Of a DNA stretch of 64,000 nt, positions 56,117 to 64,000 are shown one piece after another (the stretch's first letter is position 1; every line of letters begins with the position of its first letter). This DNA comes from Macrostomum lignano. Taxonomy: Eukaryota. The DNA is taken from contig NIVC01000023.1 in NCBI GenBank assembly GCA_002269645.1, positions 558,001 through 622,000 of the forward strand, read 5' to 3'. Under the pieces are notes generated by a model that was not told the origin of the DNA, did no database searches, and saw only the letters and a list, made by a program, of their open reading frames with translations. The position numbers were made by a program, and so were the translations under genes.

Positions 56117-57330
56117 GGCGGTAGCTTTTTTCTCATCATTTTGACAGGCCATCAAGATTTATGAGGTCAGAGCCTATTGTTCGGGTTCACTCAGGCGTGT
56201 GACAGCTTTGACAGCTATGCGTTTTACCCCTAAAAGTACCTTGGGATTAGCGATTAGCGATTTCTCTTCATTATCTTCACTTTCTATTTAATAAGAGCTT
56301 TCTAATGTATATTTTTGAAATCATTCATTTTTGTCAATTCTACGCGAAAAGTCATAAATCATTTTGTTGCGATTTTGATTGATTTATTGCCGCACCTGTA
56401 ATATTTTTAACTGAAATATATTTTTAACAGAACTGATAGGATCTCCCGGTCACGTGATTCTGGGTAGCAACCAGCTTAGCCAATCAGAAAATTCGGCGCT
56501 CATTTTAACAAATCGGCTCAGCCAATCAGAATCGACGTGTTCCATTATAACAAACTGCGGTCCAGTTGGCGGCTTTTTAAACCGGTGTTTGGCCCGCTCG
56601 GACCAACCTCTCCTGGGATCTTGGCCTAACTTAGACCTCCCGGAGCTCGACCGTCGTCTCTTGATCCCCGGATCACGACTCCCCCCCGTTGTTCGCCGAT
56701 GGCTCAGATGAATAGCTAAGCTAGTAGGCGCCGGTCACAGTGGACCAATGGCAAGGCAGTTTTGCAAGCGGTAGCTTTTTCTCATCATTTTGACAGGCCA
56801 TCAAGATTTATGAGGTCAGAGCCTATTGTTCAGGTTCACTCAAGCGTGTGACAGCTTTGACAGCTATGCGTTTTACCCCTAAAAGTACCTTGGGATTAGC
56901 GATTAGTGATTTCTCTTCATTATCTTCACTTTCTATTTAATGAGAGCTTTCTAATGTATCTTTTTTCATTAATTTCTGTCAATCCTACGCGAAAAGTCAT
57001 AAATCATTTTGTTGCGATTTTGATTGATTTATGGCCGCACCTGTCATCTTTTTACGACCCTGTGGGAACTGATAGGATCTCCCGGTCACGTTATTCTGGG
57101 TAGCAACAGGCTTAGCCAATCAGAATCGACGTGTTCCATTATAACAAACTTGGTCCAGTTGGCGGCTATTTAAACCGGTGTTTTTGGCCCGCTCGGACGG
57201 CAACTTGCTCGGACTCCGACTTGCTCGGGCCCAGCACGCAACTTCTTTTTCCCGGAGCGCGACCGTCGTTTCTTGATCCCCGGATTGCGACTTCCCCCCA
57301 TCATCATCAAGGACGAATCCCCCGGTCATC
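56117..57330. repeat. Tandem segmental duplication (~570-bp unit, offset ~650 bp) ending in a CCAAT-rich LTR-like segment
   Basis: 56117-56690 aligns with 56768-57330. A ~65-bp junction block at 56690-56757 recurs at 57712-57777. Confidence 0.8.
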
Positions 57331-57809
57331 AGCAGCGAACATCAAAGTTAAGAGCATCACCTGCTAGCTATCAGCGAAGACTGTGACAGCATCATCCCGA
57401 GTCTACAGCTGCGAAGCATCAAGCCGATTCGGTCACTGTGGATTTCCTGGTCTCCGGCTGTTGAGTTTCTGATTGGTTGGGTGAGAGGCTACCTAGACTT
57501 GCTTGATTGGGTGATTACTTATCTGTCCCCTGTTTCAATAGCTGGATTAGGCGCACACTTTTGCTCATTTTGTTCAGTAGTGCTGTAATCGAGGCAGAAG
57601 TCATTCAATAATACTGCTAGTAGTCTAAAACTCCAATTCAAGCTGAAGTGTGAAGTGATCTAAGGAGAAGGTTAAATCTAACAGTTATTTTTATCGGTTT
57701 TATTTCTTTGTTCGCCGATGGCTCAGATGAGTAGCTAAGCTAGTAGGCGCCGGTCACAGTGGACCAATGGCAAGGCCGTTCTCAGTCGATCAATCTATCA
57801 AATCAGTTA

Positions 57810-58313
57810 GTGAAGCTGCCAGGAGTGCAGAATGCAGATGTACTTTGTGCACTCTAAGGCTAGCCAAGCGGCTCGGGTAATGAATCATGCGGTCTCTGAA
57901 GTTCGAGTTAGTCTATCATCAGCGCTATGAGAGGCTAGTTGGCGCGTTGAAGGCCAAAAGTACAATTCTTCGTATTTAGCAATGTAATGGTACATGTAGC
58001 TACCCCATAGTCTCGCCACTGCAAGAATCCCCTGCACAAGTCCCCTCTGTACCTGCATGGCCAATGCGATCTAGTCCCAGCAGTGTCCCTTAACATCGGC
58101 TATGACTTCGAGATTGACAGCAAAAAGACACTAGTTGGCAGGTAAGTGCAAGCCCCCTCCAGTCGGAAGCCCGATTTCGAGAGTCCCGGTGTGGTGAGCC
58201 AGGACGTACGGGCTGGTGGCAGCAAGTTAGTCGATCTGCGGATTAGCTAATTTCTACTTTCAAAATTCTCCTTGCTCGTCTCTCGCTGTCCCTCTCTCAG
58301 TTATAGGACCTAG
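57810..58313 (+). pseudogene. Unidentified spliced exon remnant(s): ~57810-57887, 58011-58141, 58301-58313
   Basis: Acceptor CCCCATAG (58010), donor AG|GTAAGT (58142), then branch-like CTAAT and a long pyrimidine tract ending CTCTCAG (58300). The only open frame reads SRHCKNPLHKSPLYLHGQCDLVPAVSLNIGYDFEIDSKKTLVG and stops 4 codons into the next exon. Confidence 0.4.
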
Positions 58314-59361
58314 ACTGCTCGCCACACGATCAAGCTACCATGGGCTGACCATCTGACAGGAGTGGGGTGCCAGGACTCTAATTGATTTATTTCTGAGACC
58401 TGAGGCCCGAAGGCTTCCCCACAAGGGGGCCGAAAGGTCGAAACCCATCAATATTGTAAAGATAAACAACTCCCGCCACTTGTACGTTATTATAGCATAT
58501 AGATATGCACATGTATGATATGTCCAGGTGGCCAGGTAATCAATACAGCCACTAATTCCAACCCTTCTTTTCTTCTTAGAGTAAGCAGCAGATTGTAAAT
58601 CTTCAAGACGAACAAAATGGATGAAGTACCGTGAGCTGGATGCTGCAGAATCACGCCGTGGGTATGCTGCCATTAATTCAGTTTTATTTTGTTGTAGCCT
58701 TAGTTTAATTCTTTTAATATTTTTCTTTTTCGTCGCAATTTAATATTTGGTTTGTTCAAATTGTATTTGTAAGCGTTTTCTATTTTTTAAAATTTAAAAT
58801 TTCTCTTATCTCTCGAGGCTAATTATAGTTAAAACGGGCCCCCGGCCTAGCCAGCCAGCTAAATGGACACTTGTTTAATTAATGGTGTGTTTTGTGCTAT
58901 GCCTTTATTGGGTTCTGAATTTACACTTATTTACTTTTAAAATATTTGAAAATTGGGTTTATTTATTCAAACTTCTTAAGACTAGAAGAAGTAGAAGTAG
59001 CACACTTATACAGTTATACTGAATAAATACCAGAGCTAAAATTTATAATAAAAAATAATGTGTCATGTGCACAGGATAACCATAGGATAGGCCTAGCCGC
59101 CTAGACACAGACCTGTGACAAGTGACATTTTAAGACACTAAACAAACCTAATCAGTCAGTAGCCCTATAGGACTAATCACTAATGTGATTTATATAAGTT
59201 GTAGTTGTAGGCATCAAAAACTTCTAAGAATAACACTAAGAGGCTGAAAAAAGCTGAATTAGCTTTTTGTTTTAATTACTACCAGTATGCTGCATTGTCA
59301 TCATTATTCATATTCTTTTTTAGGCCTATTAATTGGTTCCTTTAATAAAATATCTCCTTTT

Positions 59362-59800
59362 AAATTTATTGGCGATCCTACAGTTTTCCGCTTTTAATTA
59401 TTATTTGAAAAATTATGGCACAGCAGGAATAAGAAATGACGATAAACTTATGGCCCTATGTTGCTGACACATCTTGCAGGCCCAATGCCAGCCATCGCTA
59501 CAGTTAGCAGCTTCGTGGCGACGTAGGCTCATAGTGATGTTGCAGTTCTCGCATTGCAGAGTTTCAGATTAGCCCATAACAACTGAGCTAGCGCATTGCC
59601 AATTGCGTGTCTGGTATCAGCAGTACCAGCTCCCAATGACTGACATCCAGGGTAGCCAATGCATCGGCAGGTTCAATTTCTGCAGGTGGGATGACTGTTG
59701 TTTGTTGGTGCAGATGGATGACTGGCCATTGTGGCTTAGCTGAAATGCAGAAAAAAGCCAAAAAATAATTAATAGTGGAAAACTGTAGGATCGCCAATTT
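59362..59800. mobile_element. MITE with ~40-bp TIRs
   Basis: ATTGGCGATCCTACAGTTTTCCGCTTTTAATTATT is mirrored by AATAATTAATAGTGGAAAACTGTAGGATCGCCAAT. Confidence 0.7.
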
Positions 59801-61939
59801 ATTTATTATAATAAAAGTGCCTAGGCTAATATTGCTTGCTATCTTGCCAAGACTTCTATGATTGTGAGTATGAGATTAAAAAAATATTTTCATACTTTTT
59901 ATTGCATTGGCATTATTGATAGTGTTTAGGCCTACTTTTTTCACAGATTAAAAAACTATTTTTATTTTTAAAAAGATGATGGTTTGACATTATGTAATAG
60001 GCATGTTTCCTATATGATACGAAATCTCACTGTTAAGCCACTAGCTATAACGGGCATGATTGCTCTCACTGAAATTATCCTACCATTGCAACTTAGTAGA
60101 CCAAGACCATTGCAACCAGTTATTGTAAGGCTATTTTTCTAATTCCTATTATTAAATATCCTAAAGCTGCCACCAAAGTTGTCAAAGGGCTAAACTTCTG
60201 TTTCTACAAATGATTCCTCAGCTGTCACTAAGTTGTTATATGGCTTGACTTCTGTCTTTATAAATTGTTCTAATATTGATAGTTGCCACCAAGACTATTC
60301 TATTAATAAATTATGAGTTTATTAATCTTAGAATAAGTCTGAGAAATGTTTCTTGGAATTAATCTGAGTATATATCTGAGTAGTTGTCTGAGTATATATT
60401 TGAAAATTTGTCTTAGTATATTGTTCTTAGAATATTATTTAGCCCTTACAAGTATCATTCTCCTATTATTCCGGTAGCATTTATTATTATTCAGGTAGTA
60501 ATTTATTGTTATTCTGGCCTAAGTGGTATATTGGCTTACTGGTATATGTATTGCATGTACTTCCAAGTCCTGGGCATTACTGAGATCAGAGGGTCACAGC
60601 CTCTAGTTATTCTTTCATATATCAATTTAAGATCTACTTTGTAGTCTCTTACTACTTCCACTTCTCAGTAGTATATACTGTATGTGTTCTCTGCCACTTC
60701 TCTTCTGCAAATGAATAACTTGGAAAACAATCTTCAATAACATTTACTTGGAACTCTTACTATTCACTATTAACTGTCTTGTTATTGAACCACAATGCGC
60801 AAGGTTGGTCTCTTTTCTGCCAAAAATGCTTCTATTTATACTAAAATTTACTGCTAGTTTAAACAAAAATTAGTTCGCATAAAATATTATGAAAAATAGG
60901 TATATTATAACAAATGTGTTTTCCTAGATTTGGCAGGCATTCAAAATGAGTTATATGATTATCAATTTTATAAAAGAATTGGGAGGGGCTTGCACAATTA
61001 TTATCTCAAACTTAAGCTAAAGTTAGATTATATATTTATACAATGTTTTTTCTCTAGGGCCTATGAAAAAGTAGGCCTAGGCCCTAGGCAAGTTACTTTT
61101 TTCCTTCTAATTTTTTATATTGCTTTTTATTCTATATAGGCCTAGGCCTAATAGTTTTCTATTCAAATTTGCTTTTCTTTTAAATGTATAAAGCCTATTA
61201 AAAAGTTAGGCCTATATTAGAATTAGACCCTAACTAAGTCTCTCTTAACTTCATTTTAGGTATTGGTTTATTTAGCTTTGGGTTAGTTAGGCTTTATACT
61301 AGTTAGGCCTAGCCTTTTAGTATTTGAGTTTGATAGATAGCCATAGTCTGGAAGGTGGCCTTTACACCAGAATTTTCTGGCATATTTTTGTTCTTGCTGA
61401 CAATCTTGGCATACACTTGGCATATAGCATTTTTAGGTTCAACATGAAGTGTACATATTTGGCATACAAAAATAGCCAAGTTTAAGGCTAATGTAATCGA
61501 ATAGTTAAATATCAACCAACATTGAAAGCTCTTTAAAAATAATTAGAAACTAAAATAGAAAATAATAACCCAATCACAAAAAAGTTAAAATTAAAACAAA
61601 GAATATTAGTTTTCAGCAAAAAGAGCCATTTTATAGTATAGTAAAAGTTTCGAATTCCTAAAAATATATATTCTTTGAAAAAATGGCATATAAACAATTT
61701 TAGCCATGGCATAAATTTTTTTATTGGTATAAACTTAAAAAACATGAATTTTCATTCTGGAATATGCCTGCCATGATCCTGACTATGGATAGACAAGCTG
61801 TTGAAACCCGCAGATTTTGAACCCAGGGAACTCCATTCCCGGAATTATTTTTGTATGGCTGGGGTGCTGCGCAGAATGTCAGGCAAACTCTGGCCTCTAT
61901 GTACCTCTGCCTTTCCCTATGTCCTTTGCATCCTTAGAA

Positions 61940-63480
61940 ACTTCCATCTTCTTTTCTGTTTCCTATCTTCTCTCTCGTCTCTTCTCTCTCTCCCCTCTTA
62001 TCTCTTCTTTCTTCTCTCCTCTCTCGTCTCCTCTCTCGTCTCTTCCTTCTCCCCTCTATTCTTTTCTCTCTTTTCTCCTCTCTTCGCTCTGGTCTCTGGT
62101 CTCTCATATCTCCTTTCCCCTGTTTTATCTTTTCTCATTTCTCTCTGCTCTCTACTCTCTCTTCCCTCTCCTCTCTGCTCTCTACTCTCTCTTCCCTCAC
62201 CTCTCTTCTCACTCCTTACTCTACCCTCTCTCAACACTTTCCTTATCTCTACTCTCTCCTTTTTCCTCTCTTCTCTCAACTCTTTCCTTTCCTCTGTCCA
62301 CTCTCTCCTCTCATCTCTCTGCTATCTCCTGTCCTATCTCTCTTCTCTCTAACCTCTCCCTTTTTTCCTCTCCTCTCTCGTCCTTTTCACCAATTTCCCC
62401 TGTCCTCTCGATTCTCTCCCTGCCCCTCCTCTCTCCTCACTCACTTCTCATCTCTCCCTTGTCTGCACCTCTCATCTCTTATTTCTTATCTCTCCTCTTT
62501 TCTCTCTACTCTCCCATCTCTCGTCTGTTCTGATCTCTCATCTCCCCTCTCTGTTCTGTCATCTTTACTCTCATATGTTCTCTCACCTCTCTCCACTTGT
62601 ACTCCTCTCTTTCCCATTTTTTGACTCAGGAGGACTCGATCCTTTCAATTCTTTCTTCTTGTCTCTTTACTTCTCTCTTCTATACTCTCTCCCTCTCCCT
62701 TGTCTTCTCTCTTCTTTCTCACTCTCCTCTCTCCTTTTTTATATCGTCTGTTCACTCTCATCTTCGCTCTCTCATTCCCCTCTCTCTTCTGTCATCTCTA
62801 CTCTCCTCTCTACTGTGTACTCTTCTCTTTCCCCTCTTCTGACACCCCTCTTTCCTTACTCCTCTCTTCTCTTCCTTCTTCTATACTCTCTCCCCTCTAT
62901 TCTCTTCTCTCGTCTCTCTGCACTCTGCTCTCTCTTCCTTCATCTCTCATCTCTACTCTCACGATCATCTTTTTTCATCTCTCTCATCTCCACGATCTCA
63001 TCTCTTTCCTCTCTCCTCTTCCCTTTACTCTATCATCTCTCCTTTCTCCTCTCTTCTTTCTCAACTCTCTCTCTCTTATCTCTTACATCTTATATCTTAT
63101 CTCATCTTCTCACTCTTCCCTCTCTCATCTCTTATCTCCTCTTCTAACTCCTCTCTCTCCCCTCTATCCCCCTCTTATCTCCTCTCTTCTCTATCCTTTC
63201 TAATCTCTCCTCTCAATCCTCTCTCATCTGCCTCTCTGTTCTCTCATCTCTCATCTCTTCTCACTCTTCTCTATTCTCCTCTCTCATTGATCCTCTGTCT
63301 CATCTCTCCCCTCTTCTCTCCATCTTCTCACCTCTACTATTTCTTCTCCCTTCTCTCTCCCCTCCTCTCGCTTCTTCGTCCCATATTCTCTGCTCTCTCC
63401 TCAACCTCCTCGTACGTCTTTCCTGATATCTTCTATCTATTCTCTTATCCCCTCTTGCCCCTCCTCCCTTTCTAATAGTC
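61940..63480. repeat. ~1.5-kb degenerate CT-rich polypyrimidine low-complexity tract
   Basis: Plus strand is almost entirely C/T with scattered A; the L/S/F/P-rich ORFs there are compositional. Confidence 0.93.
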
Positions 63481-64000
63481 TATTCCTTTTCCTTTTCACT
63501 CTCATCTGCCCTGCAGCCATAAGCTTGATTCTTTATCTGGCCTTTGAGATAAAAATCTGCCGATCCCTGCTTCGAAAGCCAGTTTGTGGGACGTAGTACT
63601 ATCATGGTTGTTATAATTTCTCGTGCTCTCTCTGGCCAATTAGCAGTCCTGAGAGGAATTTGTTTATCTCCATTCTCTAGCTCCACCACCACAGTCTGCA
63701 GCAGTCTAACAACCAAGGAAATACCCATTTCTTAGGAGGTTATTTAAATTTTCAAGTACCTTATTTGTATCTTAATGTTATAATTTTCATGGTGTAAGCA
63801 ATTTAGTAGGATTGCATTGTAATCAGTTCATTGTAATCATTAATTTTTTGCTATTTTTACAAACCATCCCACATTGCCTTGATTTGCCATCCTTGTTTAA
63901 CTCCTGCAGACTTGTCTTATACAGGAGTGAGGACAGTGGTTGAATCTCTTGCTAAACTCTTTCCTCTCCACGCCTCTCCACTCGCGGGGGTACAGAGAAG

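Noticed and set aside
58390-58450. Hammerhead-like CTGA-GACC..GGTC-GAAAC
   Set aside because: The core lacks the required NGA after CUGA, and no stem III or cleavage triplet can be formed.
57900-58673. Minus-strand resemblance to an inward-rectifier K+ channel (KWRELF, SVFLLSI)
   Set aside because: No intact T-I-G-Y-G filter, stops between motifs, and strong splice signals favour the plus strand; probably chance.
61801-63475. Multiple 160-240-aa Leu/Ser-rich hydrophobic ORFs
   Set aside because: They are compositional artefacts of the CT-rich tract.

Overview
Repeat-rich genomic DNA from an invertebrate animal, not a prokaryote. Evidence: spliceosomal GT-AG introns, an innexin, and an amidated neuropeptide precursor. 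A flatworm such as Macrostomum is a plausible source, but that is inference only. Five host genes can be modelled by hand. (1) The first coding exon of an innexin (minus strand, 531-222). (2) A 7-exon, 1527-aa transmembrane mucin with signal peptide, ~1060-aa PTS repeat, EGF, SEA (GSV cleavage motif), EGF, EGF, TM and cytoplasmic tail (plus, 11386-18043), a MUC13-like domain order. (3) A convergent 2-exon, 209-aa small type I membrane S/T/G-rich glycoprotein (minus, 26506-25763). (4) An intronless divergent ILRUN/C6orf106-like gene (plus, 35453-36076). (5) A 2-exon, 292-aa neuropeptide precursor with 15 copies of x-NNKNVFRW-amide (minus, 52498-51542). The rest is tandem repeats and decayed or nested mobile DNA: a head-to-tail Helitron dimer inside a palindromic MITE, a mariner inside an RTE-like LINE, a second mariner, Tc1-derived MITEs, a 2.1-kb modular foldback element, a Gypsy remnant, an RNase H-bearing LINE, and a Penelope-like element with a minimal hammerhead ribozyme motif. 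There is no CRISPR array, rRNA or intact tRNA. All family assignments come from motif recognition by eye; no database search was run.
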